This document shows positions 1-8,798 of a stretch of 64,000 nt of DNA, piece after piece. The DNA lies in IMG/VR virus record IMGVR_UViG_3300049846_000628, positions 1-64,000 of that record; one strand, given 5' to 3'. A model generated the notes under the pieces. It searched no databases and was not told the origin of the DNA. It worked only from the letters and a program-made list of their open reading frames with translations. The first letter of the stretch is position 1, and every line of letters begins with the position of its first letter. The translations under genes were made by a program, and so were the position numbers.

Positions 1-135
1 TAAGTTGCTATACCAGCATAAGTAGCATAAGTTGCTACACCTGCCGTGGAAGCATAAGTAGCAATACCAGCATTAGTAGCATAAGTTGCTATACCAGCAT
101 AAGTAGCATAAGTTGCTATACCAGCATTATCAACA
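1..135. repeat. 27-bp tandem repeat x5 (TAAGTTGCTATACCAGCATAAGTAGCA-like), encoding a 9-aa fibre repeat
   Basis: Units start at 1, 28, 55, 82 and 109; units 1 and 4 are identical. Confidence 0.85.
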
Positions 136-1067
136 TAATTAACAGAAACAGTAATTGTAGAAATACCACCAACTGTATTTGAAGCAAAAATATTTGTTCC
201 TACAAAATTAAGTGTAGTGGCTGAAGAACCAACTACAACTCCTTCATCACTAACAGTAATACCTGAGATAATATTGGAAAGTTGAGAACCATCACCATAA
301 TAAGTAATTTCAATACCACCTACAGTTGCTCCTGTTCCTACTGGAGTAACTTTAAAGTTTCCTATAGTAGAAATACCAGAAACATTTAATGTTGTAACAG
401 ATGCTATACCACCAATAACATTTGTAGAAACTCCTGTAGTATCAGCATAAGTCGCAATACCAGCATTATTAGCATACCCAGAAAACGTAGAGAATCCTGC
501 TACATTAGCATAAGTTGCGCTTGTAGCATTACCGCTAAATGATGCAGCAGTAACTACACCAGTAAAATATCCATCACCAACAACGTATAATTTTGAAGTT
601 GGATTTGTGCTCCCAAGTCCAACATTATTATTCAGATTAATTCTGACCGCATCACCACCATTTGCACCAAGACCAAGTTGAACTGTTCCAGCAGCACGAA
701 TGTTAGATACTAAATTAGAATGACTAAAGATTAAGTCACCTTGACCACCACTTACAAATCGAACATCTCCACCACCATTACCACCACCATCAACCTCCAA
801 TTTATAATTTGGACTAATACCAGCAGGACCAAGACCAATCGCAACTCTACCATCAGTCGTAACTACAAATGGTGTTATATCTGGATTTTCACTATCCTCT
901 ACAAGGAAAGCAGGACCAGATCCAGTTTGAGTGATTCTTACAAGTTCTCCAGTAGTGCTCCCAATAAACGTAGCACCACCTATGACTTCAAGTGAGGTAA
1001 GATTTTCACTATATGATGATATACCTACCTTAAGATTTTTCTGTCTGCCGCTGGTATATTTTGCCAT
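1..1067 (-). CDS. Tail fibre/virion structural protein, N-terminal part (runs off the window start)
   Basis: ATG at 1067 (MAKYTSGRQKNLKVGISSYSENLTSLEVIG...), read manually as open; contains a VGLGSTNPTSKLYVVGDGYF fibre motif and 9-aa ATYAGIATY-like repeats; missing from ORF track because truncated. Confidence 0.75.
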   Translation of the reverse strand, partial: MAKYTSGRQKNLKVGISSYSENLTSLEVIGGATFIGSTTGELVRITQTGSGPAFLVEDSENPDITPFVVTTDGRVAIGLGPAGISPNYKLEVDGGGNGGGDVRFVSGGQGDLIFSHSNLVSNIRAAGTVQLGLGANGGDAVRINLNNNVGLGSTNPTSKLYVVGDGYFTGVVTAASFSGNATSATYANVAGFSTFSGYANNAGIATYADTTGVSTNVIGGIASVTTLNVSGISTIGNFKVTPVGTGATVGGIEITYYGDGSQLSNIISGITVSDEGVVVGSSATTLNFVGTNIFASNTVGGISTITVSVNYVDNAGIATYATYAGIATYATNAGIATYASTAGVATYATYAGIAT

Positions 1068-1068
1068 T

Positions 1069-1410
1069 TTAGTTGAGCGTCTCTAAGATACTTCCCAAAA
1101 ACTTAACATCAGTTGAACTACTTGCAGATAAAACAAGCACATCACCAGATTCAAGAACCAATTTTCCAGCAAGAAGATTTGCACTATCATTTGCTGAAAT
1201 CGGGAAGTTTTTTAAAACCTCAGTAGTAACTGCAATTCCAGACGTTGTTCTTTGATGTGAAAAGGAAACTGTTTGTGTTCCGTTTCCAATATTTACTGCC
1301 TGTGCTAAAAGAACAACACCAGTATATCCAACTGGTGCAGTATAAATTCCTACAGCACTTGTATCAGCAACTTTAGTAACGGTTTTAAATACGTTAAGTG
1401 CTAAAGCCAT
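1069..1410 (-). CDS. Virion structural protein (113 aa)
   Basis: Beta-rich ORF between two fibre genes, tightly packed. Confidence 0.6.
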   Translation of the reverse strand: MALALNVFKTVTKVADTSAVGIYTAPVGYTGVVLLAQAVNIGNGTQTVSFSHQRTTSGIAVTTEVLKNFPISANDSANLLAGKLVLESGDVLVLSASSSTDVKFLGSILETLN

Positions 1411-1414
1411 TCTT

Positions 1415-3268
1415 TTATTCTCCTCCTAACGCTAGGATAAATGGTGTCATTGTTGAGAACAAACTCTTCGAATAGAACGTTCCAGAAATTGTTCCGGTTG
1501 TTTGATTAATTACTACACCATCACCAATTCTAAAATTACCAGATTGATCTGTGCTTGTAAAAACAACTAGACCACCATTTCTCATATCAATTTCATTATC
1601 TTGAATTGGAACACCACCTTGAGCGGGAAGAGCAGAATTAATATTAGTTCCGGAACCAATGTATTCAAAAGAATGACCAGATGCTAATACTCTACTTTGC
1701 TTGAAGAATGGAACAGTAAATCCAATACCAACCACATAAGGAACATTATCATTCACTGTAATCGTACAAATTCCAGATGAAACTGGTGTTGAACTTAATA
1801 TTGAATAATATGTTGGAAGTAATTGTAAAGTAGCCGTTGCTATATTTATTCCAACATCAGGTCCAGCAATTGTAACTGTTGGAGGTACTGTATATCCTCT
1901 ACCACTAGATACAACTTCAATTGCTGTTACAGATCCATTTTTAACTTCTGCAACCGCTGTAGCTTGAATGCCCCAGTCAGTTGATGGTGCAGAAATTGTA
2001 ACGACTGGACTCGAATTATATCCACTTCCACCAGAAGTTACTTGAATTTTACCAAGAGTGTAGTAAAGATTATCAAAATAAACAACTTGCCCATCGAAAG
2101 GTCTTACAACATCAATCTTTACAGTTCCACCAGAGACATAAGTATGTGGAAGTGTTGATGGTCCAACATTCACAACAAATTGATTTGCTGCTGGAACTGA
2201 TTGAACTTCAAATACATATCCAAAATTTCCACTTGGATAAGTTACAAGCGTTGGACCTGAAGGGCAACTGAATTGCAGTCCAGCAATTGTAACTCCCATT
2301 CCAACTTGGAAGTTATGATTTGATGAAGTTGTAATTGTAGTTACACCACTTGCACTATCATAAACAGCATTTGAAACATTATAAGTCGGTACGTTTAAAT
2401 TAACAACAAACGTATCAGTATTTGCCGATGCCGTTTCTGTTATAATTCCAGTGTATTTTCTTGGACCAACACCATCAGCAACAAGACCATAATTACCAAA
2501 GGAAGCATTAGAGTTGGTTAAGTCACAAGCACCACCAGATCCACAGAAGACGGCAGTGTCTGGGCAGATTGTGAAGAGTGAAACTAATTGAGCGTATCCT
2601 TCGTTTGTAATCGAAACTCCAATACCACCCTGATTATATTGAGTGTAGGAATCAAGGACCATTGACTTGGTAGGTCCGATTGAATATTTTCCATCAACTT
2701 TCATTCCGACACTATTTGGAATAAAGTTAGTGCAGTTCTGAATATAAGGTGATTGATTATTGTAAACTGGTTTATTTGGATTAAATGCAAAGATAGCACC
2801 TGTGTTTGCCGAACCTACAAAAGACATTTCAGCAATGTAATTTCCATTACCAACATAAAAAAGGTCTCCTTGATTTTGTGGAGTAACGGAGACCTCTCTT
2901 AAACTATCACCAACAATACTAACTTGATTAGGAATTTGAATTGGATTATTTTCTACATAAGATCCAGCACTAACTCTAATAACGGAACCTGCTGTTGAGA
3001 TTGCGACTGCTCCTGCGATGGTTGCTTTGGCGTCTCCGAGTTTGAGTCCTGTGTTTGTATCTTTTCCGTCTTTTGTGACATAAATTACATTGGTTACAGT
3101 TACACCAGCAGCAACACGAACAACTTCCGATCCAATACCTACTCTATTTCTTACAGCATAGAGTTCAGCATCATTTAAGTTTAAAGCTAATTCACCGTAT
3201 TGTAGTGCGCCTGCTGCTGGTACTTTTCCAGGAACAGCAGATCTCTTAATCCTGATCGGAGTAGCCAT
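1415..3268 (-). CDS. Tail fibre/baseplate-associated protein (617 aa)
   Basis: N-terminal IRIKRSAVPGKVP..LQYGELALN fibre motif, beta-helix-like region, GSGY..P.VTI repeats. Confidence 0.7.
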   Translation of the reverse strand: MATPIRIKRSAVPGKVPAAGALQYGELALNLNDAELYAVRNRVGIGSEVVRVAAGVTVTNVIYVTKDGKDTNTGLKLGDAKATIAGAVAISTAGSVIRVSAGSYVENNPIQIPNQVSIVGDSLREVSVTPQNQGDLFYVGNGNYIAEMSFVGSANTGAIFAFNPNKPVYNNQSPYIQNCTNFIPNSVGMKVDGKYSIGPTKSMVLDSYTQYNQGGIGVSITNEGYAQLVSLFTICPDTAVFCGSGGACDLTNSNASFGNYGLVADGVGPRKYTGIITETASANTDTFVVNLNVPTYNVSNAVYDSASGVTTITTSSNHNFQVGMGVTIAGLQFSCPSGPTLVTYPSGNFGYVFEVQSVPAANQFVVNVGPSTLPHTYVSGGTVKIDVVRPFDGQVVYFDNLYYTLGKIQVTSGGSGYNSSPVVTISAPSTDWGIQATAVAEVKNGSVTAIEVVSSGRGYTVPPTVTIAGPDVGINIATATLQLLPTYYSILSSTPVSSGICTITVNDNVPYVVGIGFTVPFFKQSRVLASGHSFEYIGSGTNINSALPAQGGVPIQDNEIDMRNGGLVVFTSTDQSGNFRIGDGVVINQTTGTISGTFYSKSLFSTMTPFILALGGE

Positions 3269-3329
3269 CTATGATATTCGGTATTTACCAGAAGAAGCAG
3301 TATTTACTGCCTTTCATTTATTTATTTAT

Positions 3330-3701
3330 TCAAGATGCGTTATTGCGTCTTGGACGATAATTAAATAAATTCTTTGGTGGATCTGGTTTCATCCATTCTT
3401 CTATCTTATCAAATCTCTCTTCACTATAAAAGTCTTGTTGCACATACCATAGTTTCCAGTGCTCGTGACCCTTTGACTGGTTACAATCATGGCAGCAGCA
3501 TAATACGTTTTTTGTAACGTCTACACCTCCTTTTGACTGTGGAATAATGTGATCAATTGTGAGGTTCTCTTCAGACCCACAATAAGCACATTGATGATTC
3601 CACTGTTCTTTTATATGTTGCCTCCACATTCGTTTCGCCTCCCCAGAACTTGTTGCTTGTAAATGAAACAAGTATTCCTTCGGAGAATGTAGAGGTCCCA
3701 T
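3330..3701 (-). CDS. HNH endonuclease
   Basis: CAYCG...LTIDHIIPQSKGG...NVLCCCHDCN motif. Confidence 0.9.
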   Translation of the reverse strand: MGPLHSPKEYLFHLQATSSGEAKRMWRQHIKEQWNHQCAYCGSEENLTIDHIIPQSKGGVDVTKNVLCCCHDCNQSKGHEHWKLWYVQQDFYSEERFDKIEEWMKPDPPKNLFNYRPRRNNAS

Positions 3702-3724
3702 AAGTTACTGCGACTTATGATTAT

Positions 3725-4039
3725 TTATTTGATGATTACAGGTTCTCCTTGACCTTCTGGAAGTTTAATCTGAGGTAGTTGATTAATTTTATCAACCATC
3801 CATTCTTCCTGATGCTGCTTATAAGGTTCTGTATTGATTGCTATTTCATTTGATGGGAGTGCTTTGGGCATCTCAATATCAATCACTGGACTCATCAGTG
3901 TTTTGTTTTTTACAATTTCACGATTTGGTCCATCCAGATGCATCATCATTCTTGCATCTTCAAAACTACCACAATCACAAATTTTTTTATGAGTTCTTCT
4001 TTCTCTTACTATGAAATTCTCTTCGTTATACTTTTTCAT
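3725..4039 (-). CDS. Hypothetical protein
   Basis: ORF track 3725..4060; probable ATG at 4039 (MKKYNEENF). Confidence 0.6.
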   Translation of the reverse strand: MKKYNEENFIVRERRTHKKICDCGSFEDARMMMHLDGPNREIVKNKTLMSPVIDIEMPKALPSNEIAINTEPYKQHQEEWMVDKINQLPQIKLPEGQGEPVIIK

Positions 4040-4148
4040 CTTTTTGTTTCTTTTGTTCATTATAAGACACTTGGGGTTTTCTGTAAAGTTGTGGCCAAGT
4101 ATCTCTGATAATTTCTGTGAGTTTATATGGTGTTTCTGAAGTGATCAT
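4026..4148 (-). CDS. Small hypothetical protein (40 aa, MITSETPYKLTEIIRDTWPQLY...)
   Basis: Manual translation; ATGA overlap with upstream ORF. Confidence 0.5.
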   Translation of the reverse strand: MITSETPYKLTEIIRDTWPQLYRKPQVSYNEQKKQKDEKV

Positions 4149-4219
4149 AAATCTTGCAATATCGATAATATAAACATAAAGATTCCAAATGCTATGAATG
4201 AGAAGAGCATTAAGAACAT
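4145..4219 (-). CDS. Tiny hydrophobic peptide (24 aa, MFLMLFSFIAFGIFMFILSILQDL)
   Basis: Manual translation; single TM helix; coupled to next ORF. Confidence 0.4.
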   Translation of the reverse strand: MFLMLFSFIAFGIFMFILSILQDL

Positions 4220-4248
4220 AAAAAAAGGAGTTCGGAGAACTCCCTTAT
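4220..4248 (-). terminator. Intrinsic terminator downstream of psbD
   Basis: GGGAGTTC-TCC-GAACTCCT hairpin followed by a T run on the minus strand. Confidence 0.8.
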
Positions 4249-4253
4249 TTATT

Positions 4254-5315
4254 TTAGAGTGCGTTGCCTCGTGGAAGAACCTCCTCTGGGAACACAAAGT
4301 TCTCATGAGGTTGATCTACTGGAGCCATCCACGCTCTAAGACCCTCATTAAGGAGGATATTCTTCGTGTAGAACGTTTCAAACTCCGGATCCTCAGCGGC
4401 ACGGATCTCTTGACTTACAAAGTCGTAAGCACGAAGATTAAGGGCAAGACCAATGATACCAATGCTGGAAGTCCAAAGACCCATAACTGGTACAAAAAGC
4501 ATAAAGAAGTGCAACCAACGCTTGTTACTAAAAGCAATACCGAAGATCTGAGACCAGAATCTGTTAGCAGTAACCATTGAGTAGGTTTCTTCTTCTTGAG
4601 TTGGTTCAAAAGCCTTGAAAGTGTTCGCCTGCTCACTATCCTCATACAGTGTGTTTTCTACGGTTGCTCCGTGAATCGCACAGAGTAGTGCTCCACCCAG
4701 TATACCAGCAACTCCCATCATATGGAAGGGGTTGAGGGTCCAGTTGTGGAAACCTTGTAGGAACAGCAGAAACCTGAAGATAGCAGCAACACCAAATGAA
4801 GGTGCAAAGAACCAACTGGACTGACCCAGTGGATACATCAGGAACACGCTGACGAATACAGCGATGGGTCCAGAGAAAGCAATAGCGTTATAAGGACGAA
4901 TACCAACCAGTCGTGAAATCTCAAACTGGCGAAGCATAAATCCAATCAGGCTGAAAGCCCCGTGGAGCGCCACAAAAGTCCAGAGTCCCCCAAGTTGGCA
5001 CCACCTGACGAAATCCCCCTGAGACTCAGGACCCCAAAGTAGAAGAAGAGAATGACCCATAGAATCTGCGGGGGTTGATACTGCGGCTGTTAGCACATTA
5101 CAACCTTCTAAAAAACTTGAAGCAATACCGTGTGTATACCACGATGTCGTAAATGTAATGCCAGTCAACCAACCACCAAGAGCAAGATAGGCACAAGGTA
5201 TAAAAAGTAATCCAGACCATCCAATAAACACAAACCTATCTCGTTTCAACCAATCATCAACTAGGTCAAATAAACCTCGTCGTTGATTTTGTAAAGAAAT
5301 TGTAGATGAAACCAT
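4254..5315 (-). CDS. psbD: Photosystem II D2 protein
   Basis: DDWLKRDRF..., C-terminal [10 protein letters not shown]; true start ATG 5315 with GGAGG RBS (ORF track starts too early at 5372). Confidence 0.98.
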   Translation of the reverse strand: MVSSTISLQNQRRGLFDLVDDWLKRDRFVFIGWSGLLFIPCAYLALGGWLTGITFTTSWYTHGIASSFLEGCNVLTAAVSTPADSMGHSLLLLWGPESQGDFVRWCQLGGLWTFVALHGAFSLIGFMLRQFEISRLVGIRPYNAIAFSGPIAVFVSVFLMYPLGQSSWFFAPSFGVAAIFRFLLFLQGFHNWTLNPFHMMGVAGILGGALLCAIHGATVENTLYEDSEQANTFKAFEPTQEEETYSMVTANRFWSQIFGIAFSNKRWLHFFMLFVPVMGLWTSSIGIIGLALNLRAYDFVSQEIRAAEDPEFETFYTKNILLNEGLRAWMAPVDQPHENFVFPEEVLPRGNAL

Positions 5316-5381
5316 CAAACCTCCGTAATGATTTGTAATATTTATTTTATCACTTCTTAACAAAAGGGGCAATAGAGATTT

Positions 5382-6020
5382 CTACTTACTCTTCTTTTTC
5401 ATAGGAGTATCTGGGTCAAGTCCTCTTTCTATTCTATATTGTCTCCATCTTTCCTTTGCTCTTTCACTACATTTATTTTTACCTTCTTCTGTTTTAGGTC
5501 CTTGGACTTCTGGTTTTTTTCTATTTCCTTCATCCCAAGATTTCTTACAACCTTCACTTAATTTTTTCTTATGTTCTTCTGTTTTTGGAGCATAAGAAGC
5601 ACCAGGAATAAATGTCCCTTCTTGGAACTTTCTTTTTAGAGTTTCACTTCTTTTCTTATTACTTTCTTCTGTTTGAGGAACACCAGTTTTTGTTTTCCTC
5701 ATCTTTTCAACTGCTTCTGGTTTTTTAGGTTTTCCTAAATGAAGCAATCTTAATTTTTCCTTACTTTCTTCACTCATAGGTCCTCTATTTTCTCTTCCCC
5801 TTTCTTGTCCCAACTTCATAAGAAGAGAAATAACTTCTTCTTTACCTATCATACCAGATAGACCCATCCAAGCAATTCTATCCTCCTCCTTTCCATATTG
5901 TTCCCACAATTTTTTATGTGCCTCTGCGTGTTCCTCAATAGTCATTTCAACAAGATTAGAAGGGTCATCAGTTCCTCCCATATGTCTTGGAATAATATGA
6001 TGCTTGTGAGTAAGGGTCAT
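5382..6020 (-). CDS. HNH homing endonuclease with NUMOD3-like repeats
   Basis: HKHHIIPRHMGGTDDPSNLVEMTIEEHAEAH motif; basic MSEESKEKLR/KTEEHKKKLS repeats. Confidence 0.9.
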   Translation of the reverse strand: MTLTHKHHIIPRHMGGTDDPSNLVEMTIEEHAEAHKKLWEQYGKEEDRIAWMGLSGMIGKEEVISLLMKLGQERGRENRGPMSEESKEKLRLLHLGKPKKPEAVEKMRKTKTGVPQTEESNKKRSETLKRKFQEGTFIPGASYAPKTEEHKKKLSEGCKKSWDEGNRKKPEVQGPKTEEGKNKCSERAKERWRQYRIERGLDPDTPMKKKSK

Positions 6021-6127
6021 ATCAAGTATGTTTAACTAATACTATTTATACCAGTAGGTATACTAACAGGTATAAATGTTAAGAAATGCTGATACAAAAA
6101 AGAGACCTTCACAGGTCTCCTCTTTAC

Positions 6128-7521
6128 TCATTTTCTAAAAAGTCGTTCAAGGTTTTCTTTGTTCTTGAAGAGTTCATAGGATTTGATTTGCTCTCCATAA
6201 TACTTACTGATGTGCTTACACAAATCTTCTTCTTGTTTAGTAATATCCATATTATGTTTGTCTTTCAGGATAAGGATAGTTTCAATATCTTTGAGAGAAC
6301 TAAATGGAAGGTCTAAAAATTCTTCATAAGTCATTTTGCCCTCATAGCAGTAATCACAGCATCTCTTACTGTTTTTCCTTTTAGATGGTTCATACGAGAC
6401 CCACCATTCATAAAAACCCAATCACTTTCACCATTCATTTTGAGATTGTGTGCTTGGAACTGATTGAGTAGAAATTCAAGGATTTCTGTGTCTGTTGGTT
6501 GTTCAGTCATAGTTTATTCCTATAAGTGTATGTAATTTCTCCAGTTTCCTTATTCATCAGGTATGCCCAGTCAGTTGGAATTGTATCACAACAATCCCGA
6601 AACTTTTCAGTTGAAGATACTTCCATTACAATAGGAAGATTGTTAGAGTGATGATGAAAGATTGCTACAAGTTTCATTAGGTCACCTGATTTACGAAAGT
6701 TGGAACTTCACCACAAATCTTATTTGCCTCAGTATCATTCACACCATAAGATTTCCTACATTCTATCACAATCTCATAAGATTTCAAGAACATCTCTCTG
6801 TCCTTTTGAGTATTGTAAGTGTTTAGTAGTTCCATGGAAAGGAAATAACCAGTGACGATGAGAAGTGGAATGATGAGAGTAAAGATAAAGAGTTTCATTT
6901 CATTCATAGTAGGACATATCATAACTACCTTCATTATAACCCATTTGAAAGACTTCTTGGGCAAACTTCACAAAGGCATCAAAGTTTCCAGAATACTCCC
7001 AACCATCATTCTCATCCCAATCTTCTTCAAAGTGTTCTTTTACAAGTTTGAGGACTTCTTCATCTAAAATCATTTGAGTGCCTCCAATTCAGTAGCAATA
7101 CTCAAAATTGCCTCACGAATTTCGTCATTACGACCTTCCATTCCTGCGTCGTATTCTTTGTCCCCATAAAAACACCTATAATCGTCGGGGGCAACATTAT
7201 CAGCAAGAACACGAAGGGCAGAGGCAAATCCATCACGAATTCTTCCTCCGTGAGAAAATACTTCATCAGCAGCATCTATGATTGCTTGTGCTTTGGGAGA
7301 AAGGTCAGTCATCAGGCATCCTCCAAACGAATGTACTTTTCAAATAATCCTCTCATATCATAAAAATACGATCGTGCCCTATCAAGAACAGCAGTATCAT
7401 AATCTTCTTGTGTGGGTTCCTCTTCCATTTCCATATCCTTCCAAACTTCCAAGAAATCTTCAACAGACATATGGTATTCCAGAGGAATGTATGCGATTTT
7501 GGGAATGATTGAGTTAGTCAT
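6128..7521 (-). CDS. Run of ~7 small hypothetical early-type genes (cargo between psbD copies): 6128..6334, ~6331..6510, ~6507..6675, 6677..6907, ~6900..7072, 7070..7312, 7312..7521
   Basis: Abutting ORFs with ATGA/TAATG overlaps, from ORF track and manual reading; no recognisable families. Confidence 0.6.
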
Positions 7522-7699
7522 CGGTTTGGTTGCTTATGAGAATATTATACCATCAAAAAAGGCACCTGCGAAGTGCCCTTGTTCCAGTTTAGAAAGTGTC
7601 TTTTATATTTTTACCTATTATCAGTTTGTTCTCTGTATCTCTGTAAATCTCTAAACAATCCATTCACACCAATAAAGATTAGATACAATCCCAAAAAGG

Positions 7700-7807
7700 T
7701 CATACAGAAGTCCTCACGGAATCTAAGAGGTTTTGTTTAAGCCAGTCATCAAGGACATCGAACCAACCTCTCTGTGAAATGGGCGGTGAAAGTGTTGAAG
7801 AAGTCAT
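7700..7807 (-). pseudogene. psbD: Orphan 5' fragment of psbD (24 D2 codons, then 11 unrelated codons and a stop)
   Basis: MTSSTLSPPISQRGWFDVLDDWLK|QNLLDSVRTSV*; GGAGG RBS and own promoter. Confidence 0.9.
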
Positions 7808-7827
7808 AACCTCCAATCGTATTTCTC

Positions 7828-7862
7828 ATATTTATCTTAACATTCCTTAACAAAGAAGTCAA
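7828..7862 (-). promoter_or_regulatory. Original psbD promoter (sigma70-like plus late-like)
   Basis: TTGACT-17-TAAGAT overlapping GATAAATA; GTTAAGGA-AT-GTTAAGAT direct repeat. Confidence 0.7.
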
Positions 7863-7981
7863 CCCCAATAGATGACTCCAAGAGTGAAGAAAAGGAATAT
7901 AAGAATAGTGAATACCATAAGACCTACACCTAACCAGTTTACCCAGTTAGGCATAGGTTCGTGCTGAGGATTATGAGACAT
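7859..7981 (-). CDS. Small membrane protein (40 aa, MSHNPQHEPMPNWVNWLGVGLMVFTILIFLFFTLGVIYWG)
   Basis: Manual translation; start overlaps the end of the GIY-YIG gene. Confidence 0.6.
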   Translation of the reverse strand: MSHNPQHEPMPNWVNWLGVGLMVFTILIFLFFTLGVIYWG

Positions 7982-8645
7982 TGGTTTTGTGTTTTTGTTT
8001 TCTATATTTCCAATTTTGGTTTCCTTTTTTTGCTTCGCTTAATTTTTTTCTAGTTTCTTCTGATGGTGTTTTGCCTTTATGTGCTTCACTCATTTTCTTT
8101 TTGGTTTCATCGGATAATTTTTTACCTTTCATATTCTGATTACCTTTTTGTGCTTCACCAACTTTTTGTTTAGTTTCATCAGAAAGTTTTCTACCAAGAT
8201 TCCAAGTATTTCCCATCATTCTCTGCCTTATTTTATCTTTATGTTCCTCCGTTAATTTCATTCCTTTTCTTTTTTCACTTATTTTTTGTTTTTGTTCTTC
8301 CGTCATTTTTTTACCATAGTTGGGATTTTTTTCACCAACTCTCATTTCACTTAATTTTTTTCGTGTCTCTTCATTTACCAAAACACCAGAAGCACCTTCA
8401 CCACCATTAGTTCTGTTGCGAAGAATACCAGTTCCCAAATCCTTCCTACCAAATACATCAATCATATAGATTTCGTGTTTAAATGCTTCTTCTTCAGTTA
8501 AGTTTTTCTTCAAAAATATTATTCTAGATTTATCTTTTGGTGGTCTTATATCACCATTCATTTTATTATAAATTCTTTTTCCTTTTCCCTTTCCAATATA
8601 ATAAGGAGTTTTATCCTCTCGCAAATAAGCGTAAGTGTAATACAT
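7971..8645 (-). CDS. GIY-YIG homing endonuclease with NUMOD3 repeats
   Basis: YYTYAYLREDKTPYYIGKG..., repeated SDETKKKMSEAHKG. Confidence 0.92.
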   Translation of the reverse strand: MYYTYAYLREDKTPYYIGKGKGKRIYNKMNGDIRPPKDKSRIIFLKKNLTEEEAFKHEIYMIDVFGRKDLGTGILRNRTNGGEGASGVLVNEETRKKLSEMRVGEKNPNYGKKMTEEQKQKISEKRKGMKLTEEHKDKIRQRMMGNTWNLGRKLSDETKQKVGEAQKGNQNMKGKKLSDETKKKMSEAHKGKTPSEETRKKLSEAKKGNQNWKYRKQKHKTNVS

Positions 8646-8758
8646 TTCTACTCTGTTATGGTTCGCAATAATATTTATAATACATTATAGCAGAAAAGGT
8701 GCCCGAAGACACCTTTTCACCTGATAGATGCGAACCACACAGGTATTAGTATTTATAT

Positions 8759-8786
8759 AAAAAAAGGAACCCCGAAGAGTTCCTTA
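8759..8786 (-). terminator. psbA terminator
   Basis: AAGGAAC...GTTCCTT hairpin followed by a T run. Confidence 0.75.
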
Positions 8787-8798
8787 ACTTTATTGAAA

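Noticed and set aside
1-135. 27-bp tandem array as CRISPR or a regulatory repeat
   Set aside because: No spacers; an in-frame 9-aa fibre repeat
6021-6065. Leader hairpin for the psbD-cassette HNH
   Set aside because: The late promoter is present (6043-6050) but only ~5 bp of complementarity; too weak to count
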